Shown piece after piece: positions 29,640 through 39,747 of a stretch of DNA of 64,000 nucleotides; the first letter of the stretch is position 1; every line of letters begins with the position of its first letter. Location of the stretch: the NCBI GenBank assembly GCA_964459325.1, contig CAYWKU010000017.1, positions 3,856 to 67,855 on the forward strand. The letters are read 5' to 3'. The stretch comes from an uncultured bacterium. Lineage in GTDB: Bacteria > RBG-13-61-14 > CAYWKU01. The position numbers and the translations under genes are program-made. The notes beneath the pieces are model-generated. The model had not been told where the DNA came from. It did not search any database and worked only from the letters and a program-made list of their open reading frames with translations.

Positions 29640-31163
29640 ATGATGAAAAGGTTATTGGGTATATTCGCCGTATTACTTATCGCGCTATGCTTCGCCTGCA
29701 GCACGGGTGACATTTCGGGGGGGGACTCGCCCGTGGTACCGATGCCCTCCCCGCCCATAGCCAGGGGCTTCCCCATTACGGTGGATTTCGGCGAGATGCC
29801 CGACGGCCCGGTGGACGGCCCCACCGAAGTGGGTTCAGTCGTGGTGGACGGGGACAACATCGAGGTTCAATCGGGCGATATTATCATCGAAGGCGGCACT
29901 TTGCGGGTTCTTTCTCCCCGGGATTTTCAGCAGGCTGCCGTGCTGGTCAGGGAGCTGGACGGGTACTCGAGTACCAGCATCGAGGGCTATGACGCCGAAG
30001 GAAACCTGCTCACCGCCACCACCACGGGAGCGCCGGGCGATTATTACTACGCGCGCCTGTCGGCCTCGGACTCGATAATACGCAAAATAAACGTGTTGGG
30101 CCCGAACGCGCGGGTACGCAAGATGATACTGGCCAGGCCGTTTTCGATAATAGAATTTCAACCGGCCGATGAACTGCCCATTTTGTGGCACGCATCGGTC
30201 ATACTCTCCGCTGACTTCAACTCCGACGATATTCCCGACGTGGCGGTTGGGGATTCTTACACGAACCGGGTTGCGGTGCTTTACGGCAGTTCCGGAGGAG
30301 GCTTTTCGGGGCCGACAATTATGTCCTGCGACTTACCCGCCGTGGCGATGGACACCGGAGATTTTGACGGAGACGCTGACGGCCGCGCCGACCTGGCGGT
30401 TCTGGGAGAGAAGGTAAATATCTATTTGAGCGCTCCCGGCGGCATATCATCGACCGAAAGCTACATCATCGGCTCGGACACCGAAGACATCGACGTCGGT
30501 GACGTTACCGGCGACGGCATCCCGGACATAGCGGTTGCCACCCGCACGGGAGTCTACACGCTTGCGGGCGCCGGCAACGGATTCTTCAATAACCCGCAGT
30601 TCCGCTTTGCCGTGGACGCCCGGGCAATCCGGGTGGCCGATGTAAACGGCGACGGCGACGCCGACATGGTTATAGCCGCCGCGTCGCCGAACGAGTTGCA
30701 GGTCCGGGTTAATAAGGGGGGCGGAAACTTTTCTATATCGGGCTTTTACGCGCTTACAGGCACGCCGGTTCAAATGCACGTTGACCGCTTCAACTGGGAC
30801 GAAGAACCGGACGTGGCGGTGCTCATGGATTCGACACCCAACTGGCAGACATATATCAACGACGGCGGCATCTTACACGCGAATCAGCTTTTCCAGGCGA
30901 CTTCGGGCCACGCGGCGGCCTTCGAGATGCTCGACGTCAACAACGACGGGTTCGCCGACATGGCCGTTATAGACCCGGATAACAACGAAGTATCGGTCTT
31001 TACCACCGACCTGGCGGGCAATTTCATAATAGCCGACCGGTGGAATGTAAACGCACGTCCGCTCGTTCTGGAAGCGGCGGATTTGGACAGCGACTCGCGG
31101 AACGATTTGATTATAGGTGAAGCCGATGGAAACGTTAATGTATACCGCAACGTATCGCGCTGA
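29640..31163 (+). CDS. FG-GAP/VCBS-repeat lipoprotein
   Basis: Lipobox CFAC and about seven DxNxDGxxD repeats. Confidence 0.85.
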   Translation: MMKRLLGIFAVLLIALCFACSTGDISGGDSPVVPMPSPPIARGFPITVDFGEMPDGPVDGPTEVGSVVVDGDNIEVQSGDIIIEGGTLRVLSPRDFQQAAVLVRELDGYSSTSIEGYDAEGNLLTATTTGAPGDYYYARLSASDSIIRKINVLGPNARVRKMILARPFSIIEFQPADELPILWHASVILSADFNSDDIPDVAVGDSYTNRVAVLYGSSGGGFSGPTIMSCDLPAVAMDTGDFDGDADGRADLAVLGEKVNIYLSAPGGISSTESYIIGSDTEDIDVGDVTGDGIPDIAVATRTGVYTLAGAGNGFFNNPQFRFAVDARAIRVADVNGDGDADMVIAAASPNELQVRVNKGGGNFSISGFYALTGTPVQMHVDRFNWDEEPDVAVLMDSTPNWQTYINDGGILHANQLFQATSGHAAAFEMLDVNNDGFADMAVIDPDNNEVSVFTTDLAGNFIIADRWNVNARPLVLEAADLDSDSRNDLIIGEADGNVNVYRNVSR

Positions 31164-31236
31164 TAAATCGAGGCTCCTCCGGGTGGCGGGCAAGACCCGC
31201 CATCCGTAATTAATACCCCAAACCTTTTTGGCCCAT

Positions 31237-31274
31237 GGCCCTTTGACCGCGGTCAGTCAAAGGGCCTTTTTTTT
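31237..31274 (+). terminator. Intrinsic terminator
   Basis: GGCCCTTTGAC-loop-GTCAAAGGGCC followed by T8. Confidence 0.85.
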
Positions 31275-31365
31275 ATCCTTTTGCAGCCGGAATTGACCGG
31301 AGGGTTCATGCAAGTGGAGGTCCAGAAGGCTCGAAAAGCAAGGATTACATTTCGCTTGATACGTC

Positions 31366-31394
31366 TTGACTGCTCAAGTATTCTCCGCTAATCT
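31366..31394 (+). promoter_or_regulatory. Sigma70 promoter of hicB-hicA
   Basis: TTGACT-17-TAATCT. Confidence 0.5.
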
Positions 31395-31414
31395 TTAATT
31401 AAAAGGCTTCTATC

Positions 31415-31648
31415 ATGGGACCATATCGCTTCACAGTGGAACTATACCCGGACAAAGAGGAAGGGGGGTATACTGCAATTGTGCCTTCATTGCCCGGTTG
31501 TGTCACCCAGGGGGAGACTCTGGATCAGACCATGGAACGTGCCAGAGAAGCGATTGAAGGGTATATCGCCTGCCTCAAAGAGGATGGCAAAGAAATCCCC
31601 ATCGAGGAAGAACCTGAAGGCCGATTCAAAGTCATAATAGCCGCATGA
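31415..31648 (+). CDS. hicB: HicB family antitoxin
   Basis: EEGGYTAIVPSLPGCVTQGET..AREAI. Confidence 0.92.
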   Translation: MGPYRFTVELYPDKEEGGYTAIVPSLPGCVTQGETLDQTMERAREAIEGYIACLKEDGKEIPIEEEPEGRFKVIIAA

Positions 31649-31869
31649 GTCCAAAACTCGCCCGCATCACCGGCAAGGAGATGTGCTCTATCCTGGAGCA
31701 TAAGGGATTTATTTTGAAAAGAATCAAGGGAAGTCACCATATTTATGAAAAACCCGGACTCGAGGTATACGTAACGGTCCCGGTGCATGGCAAAGAAATC
31801 CTCAAACCCAAAACTCTCAGGTCTATTATCCGACAGGCAGAACTGAACATTGACGACTTTATAAGATAA
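31645..31869 (+). CDS. hicA: HicA family toxin
   Basis: GFILKRIKGSHHIY..VPVH..TLRSIIRQA. ATGA overlap with hicB. Confidence 0.92.
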   Translation: MSPKLARITGKEMCSILEHKGFILKRIKGSHHIYEKPGLEVYVTVPVHGKEILKPKTLRSIIRQAELNIDDFIR

Positions 31870-31944
31870 CGCCTAAAAACTGCACAAGGGATTGCTTCCA
31901 CATGCCTGCTTTTTATTCCGTTAAAGTCCCGCTTGACCATAGGT

Positions 31945-33009
31945 TCACTTTTCGGCCATCTTTCTCACTTCATTTTCAATGATTCTCACCGCCTCTTCCG
32001 TGCCGACGGTTTTTACCCTTTTCCCTTTTATGTACAGGGCGGCTTTTCCTTCCTTGAGGCCCGCGAATCCGATGTCGGCCAGTTTCGCTTCGCCGGGGCC
32101 GTTGACCACGCACCCCATGACCGCGAGCTTAAGGGGCGCTTTCAAATCCACCAGTCGGCGCTCCAGCTCGTCCGCCACCCCGGCAACATCAAAAATCGCC
32201 CGTGCGCAGGTGGGGCAGGCTATAACGCCGACGCCGCGGCTTCGCAGTCCCAGTGCTTTCAGTATTTCCCACCCGACGCGCACTTCTTCGACCGGGTCGG
32301 CGGCGAGTGAAACCCGGATGGTGTCGCCGATGCCTTCGGCCAGGAGGATTCCCAGGCCCACGGCGGATTTTACCGTTCCGGTGAAAGCGGTTCCGGCTTC
32401 CGTTATGCCCAGGTGCAAGGGGTAATCGCAACGGGCGGCTATTAACCGGTACGCTTCTATGGTTTCCGTCACTCCGCTGGCCTTGAGGCTGATTTTAATG
32501 TCTTTAAAACCGGCATCTTCGAGTATTTTCACGTTGCCGAGGGCGCTTTCGACCATAGCCTCGGGGGTGGGGCCGCCGTATTTTGCGAGGAGGGATTTTT
32601 CGAGACTGCCCGCGTTCACTCCTACTCTAATGGGAACTCCTTTCTCCGAGGCCGCTTTCGCCACCTCTCGGGGGCGTTTTTCGCTACCGATGTTTCCGGG
32701 GTTTATCCGCAGGCCGTGCACCCCGGCTTCGAGCGAAGCCAGCGCCAGGCGGTAATCGAAATGAATGTCGGCGACCACCGGCAGCGGGGATTGCTTCAAT
32801 ATCTCCGGCAGCGCCGATGCCGCGTCCCTGTCGGGCACCGCCACCCGGGCTATTTCGCACCCGGCTTGCGCAAGGCGGCAAATTTGACCGATTACGACAT
32901 CAGCCTCCCCGGCGGGAACGTTGGTCATGGACTGGACGCTTACCGCGTGCTCACCCCCCACTCCCACATCCCCTATGAACACTTCCCTCGATTTGCGCCG
33001 TTTTATCAT
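31945..33009 (-). CDS. ispG: 4-hydroxy-3-methylbut-2-en-1-yl diphosphate synthase
   Basis: VQSMTN, ADIHF, RINPGN, HLGITEAG, CPTC and MGCVVNGPGE. Confidence 0.97.
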   Translation of the reverse strand: MIKRRKSREVFIGDVGVGGEHAVSVQSMTNVPAGEADVVIGQICRLAQAGCEIARVAVPDRDAASALPEILKQSPLPVVADIHFDYRLALASLEAGVHGLRINPGNIGSEKRPREVAKAASEKGVPIRVGVNAGSLEKSLLAKYGGPTPEAMVESALGNVKILEDAGFKDIKISLKASGVTETIEAYRLIAARCDYPLHLGITEAGTAFTGTVKSAVGLGILLAEGIGDTIRVSLAADPVEEVRVGWEILKALGLRSRGVGVIACPTCARAIFDVAGVADELERRLVDLKAPLKLAVMGCVVNGPGEAKLADIGFAGLKEGKAALYIKGKRVKTVGTEEAVRIIENEVRKMAEK

Positions 33010-33142
33010 TGTCTACACAGAATATCTTTCACCGCCGTTCAAAGCAAACCCGCCGTCTAATTTACATCTGCGATAAATTTGATAACTCTATTATCAAGAC
33101 TTGTGGTTGTATAAAGAGGCTCGATATTAAACTACGGAATTG

Positions 33143-33202
33143 GTAGGCGCGACACTCTTGTCGCGCACCTCGGAAATTGCCCGGCAGGAGTGCCGGGCCT
33201 AC
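33143..33202. repeat. GTAG-type REP doublet (REPIN-like), family B copy 1
   Basis: GTAGGCGCGACACTCTTGTCGCGC plus inverted GTAGGCCCGGCACTCCTGCCGGGC. Confidence 0.8.
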
Positions 33203-33283
33203 CATTTTTGAAACAATATTCACATTATTCGTTTGACGAATCGAGGTTGTTGTGATTCTATAATTGGTATCGGGAGGTGCGAT

Positions 33284-33865
33284 ATGGACTTGGAAGTAAT
33301 CATCAAAGACGGCCTGGTAAAGTTCAGGGATGAAATCGTGGCGGTGCTTTTGTTCAGCCTGGTGGGCATCATACTGAGTCTCACTATAGTGCTTATACCG
33401 GCGGTCGCGGCCGGTATGGCGGTCGGCTTCCTCAAGTACGTGCGGGAAGGGGTAAAGCCGGAGCTGTCGGAGTTGTGGTCGCACTTCGACAAGTACATTC
33501 AAACGCTCTTGTTTCTGATTGTAGCCGGTTTTTTGACATCGGTGGGATTCATGCTTTTCGTAATCCCCGGTATAATCCTGTCCGCTATATGGATGTACTC
33601 CATATTTTTTATAGTGGACAGGGATATGAACTTCTGGGACGCCATGGAAGCCAGCCGCAAATCGGTCTCATCCGTCGGATTCGTCATCAACCTGGTGCTG
33701 GTTGTCATACTCATGCTGTTGGGAGCGCTGGGAGGGGCAGCGGGGGGCCTTGGCTCCATCGTCACTCTTCCGATAGCATACCTTATTCTGGCGCGAGCCT
33801 ACGGGGAAGTGGCCGCGGGAGCCGGAGACCGGCAACCGGAGCGGCTTGTGAGCGGTAACGGATAA
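33284..33865 (+). CDS. Integral membrane protein (DUF975-like)
   Basis: Multiple TM helices, IPGII and FWDAMEASR motifs. GGAGG RBS before ATG 33284. Confidence 0.7.
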   Translation: MDLEVIIKDGLVKFRDEIVAVLLFSLVGIILSLTIVLIPAVAAGMAVGFLKYVREGVKPELSELWSHFDKYIQTLLFLIVAGFLTSVGFMLFVIPGIILSAIWMYSIFFIVDRDMNFWDAMEASRKSVSSVGFVINLVLVVILMLLGALGGAAGGLGSIVTLPIAYLILARAYGEVAAGAGDRQPERLVSGNG

Positions 33866-33875
33866 GAAAGAGCTT

Positions 33876-34637
33876 ATGAACTCCCGAAGCCTCGCCGTAA
33901 TCATTGTCCTCATCGTACTCGCCGCGTCCTTTATCGCGTCTGCGGAAGTAATCAAGCTAAGAACTTCCCCGGAAGGCGTGGAGATGGTTAAAATCCCCAA
34001 CGGCCCTTTCACAATGGGGGATAACGAAGGCGAACCCGACGAGCGTCCGGCCCATGAAGTCGAGTTGGAGACATTCTGGATAGACCGCACCGAGGTAACC
34101 TTCCGACAATACGACCGTTGCGTTTCGGAAGGCTACTGCCGTGTTCCTACAGTTACAGGCAGGGTGAAAGACAAGACCATGCCGGTTACCGGAGTAAGCT
34201 GGTTCGACGCCCGCGATTATTGCAAATGGGCCGGCAAAAGGCTCCCCACCGAGGCCGAATGGGAAAAAGCGGCGCGGGGCACGGATGAGAGAACTTATCC
34301 CTGGGGCGAAAAGCTAAGCTGTACCCTCGCCAATTATCGGGAGTGCGAAATCGGGCATCCGATGCCGGTGGGCACTTACCCCGAAGCCGCCTCCCCCTAC
34401 GGCGCATTCGACATGGCGGGCAACGTATGGGAATGGGTGGCCGACCACTACGACTCCCAATACTACAAAATCTCGCCCGCCTCCGACCCTCAAGGCCCCG
34501 GGGCGGGGAAATACCGGGTAGTAAGGGGCGGCGCGTGGACAAGGTACATGGCCGGGATGCGAAGCGCCGACCGGGGAGCTTTCACCCCCTCAAGCCGGGC
34601 CGACGATTTGGGTTTCCGTTGCGCCCGGGACGACTGA
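33876..34637 (+). CDS. Secreted FGE-sulfatase (SUMF1/EgtB/PvdO-like) domain protein
   Basis: Signal peptide, FTMG, RLPTEAEWEKAARG, DMAGNVWEW and GFRCA. Confidence 0.9.
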   Translation: MNSRSLAVIIVLIVLAASFIASAEVIKLRTSPEGVEMVKIPNGPFTMGDNEGEPDERPAHEVELETFWIDRTEVTFRQYDRCVSEGYCRVPTVTGRVKDKTMPVTGVSWFDARDYCKWAGKRLPTEAEWEKAARGTDERTYPWGEKLSCTLANYRECEIGHPMPVGTYPEAASPYGAFDMAGNVWEWVADHYDSQYYKISPASDPQGPGAGKYRVVRGGAWTRYMAGMRSADRGAFTPSSRADDLGFRCARDD

Positions 34638-34647
34638 CCCAAAAATA

Positions 34648-36312
34648 TTAATATCCCAGCGCTTCCAGCCGTTTTTTAAGCTCCGTGCTTATCTGTGCTT
34701 CCCCGGCGTCCAAAGGCGGAGAATATTGGCCCCGCAAACGTTCAAGCTCATTCTTCAATACCTCGCGGGTTATGCCTCTGCCTGTCGATATGGGTCGTCG
34801 CTCGGCGGGGTCCCGACTCAAATCGTACATTTCCCACTCCACAACCCGGTCGCCCCACTGGTTGGTTCGATTGGTGTTGTGTACCAGTTTCATCGGCCAG
34901 TCCAGGACGGCCTCCTTCTCCACCTTGTCCAGAACCTCGTGCATGTAAAGCGGCGCCGGGGTAAGGGAATCCTCCGACCCTGCAATCGCCGTCAGGTTTC
35001 TCCCGCTCATGTGCTCGGGTTTATCAATGCCCAGGCTGTCCAGAACCGTAGCCGGAACATCGACAATACTTACCGGCGTCCGTACCGATTTCGAAGCCCC
35101 GCCGCCGGGACACCTCATTATGAGCGGCGCCCGCACCTGCTCCTCGTACAAGGTTCCGCCGTGACCGAAGCCCCTGTGCTCATAAAACTCCTCGCCGTGG
35201 TCGGCCACGAAGAATATGAGCGAATTTTCGTAAAAGCCCTTTTTTTTCAGCAATTCCAGAAATTTATGAAATCCCGCGTCGGCGGCGGCGACTTCGGCCC
35301 GATACAGACCGTGCAGGTAATCGACTTGCGCCCTCGAGGGTGTAATTGCACGGTAAACCAGCTTCCTGAATACCTCCATCCCCCCCGAAATGGGCTGTGC
35401 GGCGGATGGCATGAACTTTTCGGCCAGTCCGGATGGCGGAGTATACGGAGCGTGAGGGTCGGACTGGTGGATGTAGAGGAAGAACGGCCCTTCAAGTTTT
35501 TTCAACGACGGGCCGATTTTCTCCAAAAGCCCCTCGCTGGAGGAATAAACATCCTCGTCGCCCGGGTCTTCCGGGTAGTAGACGTAGCGGTCGAACCCCC
35601 TGCCGAAGCCCAGCTCGGGGGCCACGTTGCCGTTGGTCACGTATCCTTCCGTTCGCCAACCCGCCCTTTTAAGCACCCCGGCAAGGGTATCGAGCCTTTC
35701 GGACAACCCCCCCCTCCTCCCGACGGCTCCGTGGTGGGGCGGGCATGTTCCCGTGAAAAGGCTTGCCACCGATGGCCTTGTCCAGGAGCTGGGGCTGTAC
35801 CCCCGCTTAAAAATCACGGCCCCTCGCGCAAAAGAGTCTATATGCGGGCTTGCGAAGCTTTCGGGGTTGTAACAGCCGAGCGCGTCCGCTCTGAGCGCGT
35901 CCACCAGGTAAATTATTACGTTGGGCCGTTTATCGTTTTCATCACCGGCGAATGATTTCGAGCGGGCTTTCCAATCCGGACGGGTTTGCAGCTTGATATT
36001 TTTCCAAAAAGCTCCTTCGCCCTTGGCCTGCAGGCTTATTCTCAAAAATTTCCCGCGCCACTTATCGAGTTTCAAAGCAAAAAGCTCGCTTCCGGCGTCG
36101 ACGTCAAGCTTTTCCAGCACTCCGTCATCGTCACTCACCATCACCCGGAAATCGGCTTCCGGGGAGGTTTTTGACAACGTGGGTTTTGCGGAGACATAAA
36201 AACCCGGGCGGGCGCGGGCGTACACCTCTTCTGTTCGGTAGTCCGTACACCCAATTGAAAACAATAAAAGGGCCGATATTAATGAGACGATAATAAGGAA
36301 ACTGCGATACAT
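34648..36312 (-). CDS. Sulfatase-like (alkaline phosphatase superfamily) lipoprotein
   Basis: DALRAD, SWTRPSVASLFTG, DPHAPY, ADHGEEF and C-terminal LEALGY. Confidence 0.88.
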   Translation of the reverse strand: MYRSFLIIVSLISALLLFSIGCTDYRTEEVYARARPGFYVSAKPTLSKTSPEADFRVMVSDDDGVLEKLDVDAGSELFALKLDKWRGKFLRISLQAKGEGAFWKNIKLQTRPDWKARSKSFAGDENDKRPNVIIYLVDALRADALGCYNPESFASPHIDSFARGAVIFKRGYSPSSWTRPSVASLFTGTCPPHHGAVGRRGGLSERLDTLAGVLKRAGWRTEGYVTNGNVAPELGFGRGFDRYVYYPEDPGDEDVYSSSEGLLEKIGPSLKKLEGPFFLYIHQSDPHAPYTPPSGLAEKFMPSAAQPISGGMEVFRKLVYRAITPSRAQVDYLHGLYRAEVAAADAGFHKFLELLKKKGFYENSLIFFVADHGEEFYEHRGFGHGGTLYEEQVRAPLIMRCPGGGASKSVRTPVSIVDVPATVLDSLGIDKPEHMSGRNLTAIAGSEDSLTPAPLYMHEVLDKVEKEAVLDWPMKLVHNTNRTNQWGDRVVEWEMYDLSRDPAERRPISTGRGITREVLKNELERLRGQYSPPLDAGEAQISTELKKRLEALGY

Positions 36313-36385
36313 CTATATAATCAAATGTATCACAAGACGCATAAGCGGACAATGGAACGTGAAAATTCGGAGCTAAGGTGGTATC

Positions 36386-38683
36386 TTGAATAAAGTGGAA
36401 CAGGCCGGCGATAAAACCGAAAAAACGGGATTGTTTCGGGAATTGAGGCTTTGGGCATGGGGCGCCTGGTTCTTCTGGGCCGTCGAGTGCCTTCTTATGT
36501 ACTTCCAGGTGGCCTTTTATCAGGGGAAGTGGTCGTTTATAAAGGGCCGGAGTTTCCTGGAGGCCATACCTCACCGTTTTGAGCCTGCCGATGCGCTCGA
36601 GGCGCTTCTTATCGACGCCGCCGTGATGGCCCTTTTATGCGCAGGCAGTATCATACTCCTCCGTATCGTAAGAAAAATATTAAAGCGATATGAAATATCC
36701 GCCACGCCCTTCCACGGAGCGGTTTACCTGGGGATAATACTTTTCCTTTACGGCGCGGTGATAGTAAATATCGTTCTGCTGCCGGGAAGATTCGGGACTC
36801 AAGGCAAAATCTACACCGCCCTGCTGGCGGTTACCGTGCTTCTTATATGGTTGCTCATCTACCGCCACCTTAACCGGCGCCACGCGCTCGGCGACGGATG
36901 GTTCGCGTTCTGGAGCCTGGCCTGCGTTTTAATGGTGTGCCTGTTCGGAATATGGCCATGGCTGGATTATCACTCCAACCTGGTCTGGAAAATCCCGAAA
37001 GGTTACACCGCCAGAATCGGGATACTGGTGGGGGTTATCGCTTTTCAGCAGGTTGTGCTTCATATCAGGGCGTGGGTTGCCTCCCGGCGGGGTGGGGAAA
37101 AGACGCCGGGAGGACTTCGACTGTGGGCGGCAAGAATCCTGGCCTTCGCCACAATAGTGGCCGCCGTTGCATTTACTTTAGCCTTCCGGACGGACGTAAA
37201 ACTGGACCCCGACCTGGTTACCCGGTCGGACAGCAAGCTGCCCAACATTCTGATGATTTCCATGGATACGGTGCGAGCGGACGCTTTGAGCTGCTATTCG
37301 GATAAGGGCAAAACGCCCTTTCTGGATAAGCTGGCTGCCCGGAGCGTCTTGTTTGAAGACGCAAGGTCTCCCAGCCCCTGGACGCTACCCGGGCACGCTT
37401 CCATGTTTACGGCCCGGTACCCGTCGGCTCACGGCGCAAGCTGGGAATTTACGTATCTTCCGGACAGTGAAACCACACTGGCGGAAATCCTGGCAACGGC
37501 GGGCTACAAGACAGCCGCTTTCAGCTCGAACGTTTGGGTGTCTCACTTCACCAATATTACTCAGGGCTTCGATTACTTCTACATACTGGGCAACAAGTTT
37601 CAACTGAATCGAAAGGCCCGCGAGCGACCTTTGCTGTTATGGGAAGCAATGGCCAGGCCCATACTCACAAGACTTAACAACAGGGGATGGCTGGACTCGG
37701 TGGTCAACTTCCGGATTAAGAACAAATCCCGCCAGATTAACGGGATGATAAAAAGATACTTAAAAAGAAACGAGGGTAGCGAACAGCCGTTTTTCATATT
37801 CGTAAACTACATAGATTCCCACAACCCGTACAAGCCGCTCGGCAAGCTGAGGCCCAAACCGCCCGAGGGCGTCAACATGAAAAAAATAAGGTCCGTTAAC
37901 AACAAGCCCCCGAAAATAATGGCCGAACGGATATTTTTAACCGAGGAAGAAAAGGAATATTGGATTTCCCTCTATTACTTGACCGTCACCAGCCTTGACG
38001 TTTATATCAATGAGCTCTTTCAGGTCCTTGAGAAGGCCGGTTTCATGGAAGATGTTGTAGTTATCGTCACATCCGACCACGGGGAATACCTCGGTGAATA
38101 CGACCAGTATTGCCACCTGTTCGGGGTCCACGAGCCCGTCATCCGGGTGCCTTTTATCTTATACTCTCCGGACAGGATTGAGGGAGGAAAACGCTTCAGG
38201 TCGATGGTGCAGACCGTAGACATCCCCCCCACCCTGCTGGAACTGGCGGGAATAAAGTTCAGAAATTCCTCGCGATTTCAAGGCAAATCCTTGATGCCGC
38301 TGGTCAAGGATAATGCCCATCTCAGGAACTATTCGGTTTCCGAGCTTATGGTTCCCACTCTGCCGCTCGAGGTCTTCAGGCGGCTGAAAGGCCCCTCTGG
38401 AAAATATAACAAGTGGAACACCCGCCAGCGGAGCATTACCGACAAGTCGTATCAACTGGAAGTCCATCAAAACGGCTACAGGCAATTGTGGAAACTGCCG
38501 GAGGATATATCCAGCGTCGAAGGGACCGAGGTTCCCGGAAATCCGGAGCCGGCCGACAAAATGGAAGGCGAGCTGAAGGGATGGCTGAAAAGCTTCGAGC
38601 ACGCCGACACTTCAAAGATGGAAAGGCCGGAAATGAGCGAGGATTTCAAAAAGCAACTGAAGGCCCTCGGCTACCTGAAATAA
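36386..38683 (+). CDS. Membrane-anchored sulfatase-like protein
   Basis: About 7 N-terminal TM helices, DTVRAD, PWTLPGHASMFT, SDHGE and LKALGYL. Confidence 0.88.
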   Translation: MNKVEQAGDKTEKTGLFRELRLWAWGAWFFWAVECLLMYFQVAFYQGKWSFIKGRSFLEAIPHRFEPADALEALLIDAAVMALLCAGSIILLRIVRKILKRYEISATPFHGAVYLGIILFLYGAVIVNIVLLPGRFGTQGKIYTALLAVTVLLIWLLIYRHLNRRHALGDGWFAFWSLACVLMVCLFGIWPWLDYHSNLVWKIPKGYTARIGILVGVIAFQQVVLHIRAWVASRRGGEKTPGGLRLWAARILAFATIVAAVAFTLAFRTDVKLDPDLVTRSDSKLPNILMISMDTVRADALSCYSDKGKTPFLDKLAARSVLFEDARSPSPWTLPGHASMFTARYPSAHGASWEFTYLPDSETTLAEILATAGYKTAAFSSNVWVSHFTNITQGFDYFYILGNKFQLNRKARERPLLLWEAMARPILTRLNNRGWLDSVVNFRIKNKSRQINGMIKRYLKRNEGSEQPFFIFVNYIDSHNPYKPLGKLRPKPPEGVNMKKIRSVNNKPPKIMAERIFLTEEEKEYWISLYYLTVTSLDVYINELFQVLEKAGFMEDVVVIVTSDHGEYLGEYDQYCHLFGVHEPVIRVPFILYSPDRIEGGKRFRSMVQTVDIPPTLLELAGIKFRNSSRFQGKSLMPLVKDNAHLRNYSVSELMVPTLPLEVFRRLKGPSGKYNKWNTRQRSITDKSYQLEVHQNGYRQLWKLPEDISSVEGTEVPGNPEPADKMEGELKGWLKSFEHADTSKMERPEMSEDFKKQLKALGYLK

Positions 38684-38689
38684 CCCGAA

Positions 38690-39553
38690 ATGCCCGAACT
38701 TATCCAAGCCGCGCCTTACATTTACCGGTTAAAAATGCCCCCTTTCGGCCCCCCCTCGTGGGAAGTCAGCAACGTATATTTCGCGGGAAATAAGGAAATT
38801 TTCCTGATAGACGCAGGATACCCCACTCCTCAATCAATAGAATGCATACTCGATGCCTGGAAGGAGTTGGGCTCGCCGAAAATAAAGGCGGTGCTGGTTA
38901 CACACGCCCACCTCGACCACATGGGCGGACTTAGCGCCATCGAAGATAAAACGGGGGCTCCCGTATGGACTCACAAGCTGGAGGCGGAATTCTTCGGCGA
39001 AATGTTCCCGCAGGAGCGGGTGGATAAAACCCTCGAGGAAGGTGAAAAATTACAGGCCGATGAGGTTAAACTGCACGTGTTGCACCTGCCGGGCCATACC
39101 GAGGGCCACCTGGCTTTTCTCGAAGAAAGCGCCCGCACCCTTTTCACCGGCGACCTGGTGCTGGGGCACGGTTACGCCATTATCGTGCCGCCAAGAGGGG
39201 ACATGGTGAAGTACATGGACAGCCTGCGCAGGATGGAAAAGTTGGGAGTAGGGAAAATACTCCCCGGCCACGGCCCCGTTGTCGAAGACGGCGCCGGAAA
39301 AATCGAGGAGTACATAACTCACCGCATACTCAGGGAAATCCAGATACTTCGCCAACTGGAAGGCGGTGAAAAGTCCATACCGGATATGGCTGAGGAAATT
39401 TATTCGGACATGGCGCCGGTGCTGAGGCAGGCCGGGAGGTTGCAGGTGTTGGCGCATCTGATAAAGATGGAAGATGAAGGCTCGGTAAAGCACGTTTCGG
39501 GCGACGGCCCGGAAGCCGTCTACCGGAACCTCGTGGGCAAGCTTCCCTTTTGA
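38690..39553 (+). CDS. MBL-fold metallo-hydrolase (LACTB2-like)
   Basis: THAHLDHMGG, PGHT, TGD and PGHG. Confidence 0.9.
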   Translation: MPELIQAAPYIYRLKMPPFGPPSWEVSNVYFAGNKEIFLIDAGYPTPQSIECILDAWKELGSPKIKAVLVTHAHLDHMGGLSAIEDKTGAPVWTHKLEAEFFGEMFPQERVDKTLEEGEKLQADEVKLHVLHLPGHTEGHLAFLEESARTLFTGDLVLGHGYAIIVPPRGDMVKYMDSLRRMEKLGVGKILPGHGPVVEDGAGKIEEYITHRILREIQILRQLEGGEKSIPDMAEEIYSDMAPVLRQAGRLQVLAHLIKMEDEGSVKHVSGDGPEAVYRNLVGKLPF

Positions 39554-39587
39554 CTCATTCAGGATACCGTTATAAATTACTTAGCGA

Positions 39588-39726
39588 GGGTAGCCCGGCT
39601 TAAAGCGAGAGCGTAAGCCGGGTGCCGAAGGCATGGGAGACCGTGTTCGTGGTATCTGAAGGTGTACATATGTTCTCCTGTTGCTCACGTAACACAGCTT
39701 ACACTTCATTTTAAGCTGTGCTACCC
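39588..39726. repeat. Inverted GTAG-hairpin doublet (REPIN/MITE-like), family C
   Basis: GGGTAGCCCGGCTTA..TAAGCCGGG at the left end. Inverted GGGTAGCACAGCTTA..TAAGCTGTG at the right end. Confidence 0.65.
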
Positions 39727-39747
39727 GTTAATGTTTCCCGCGACGGA

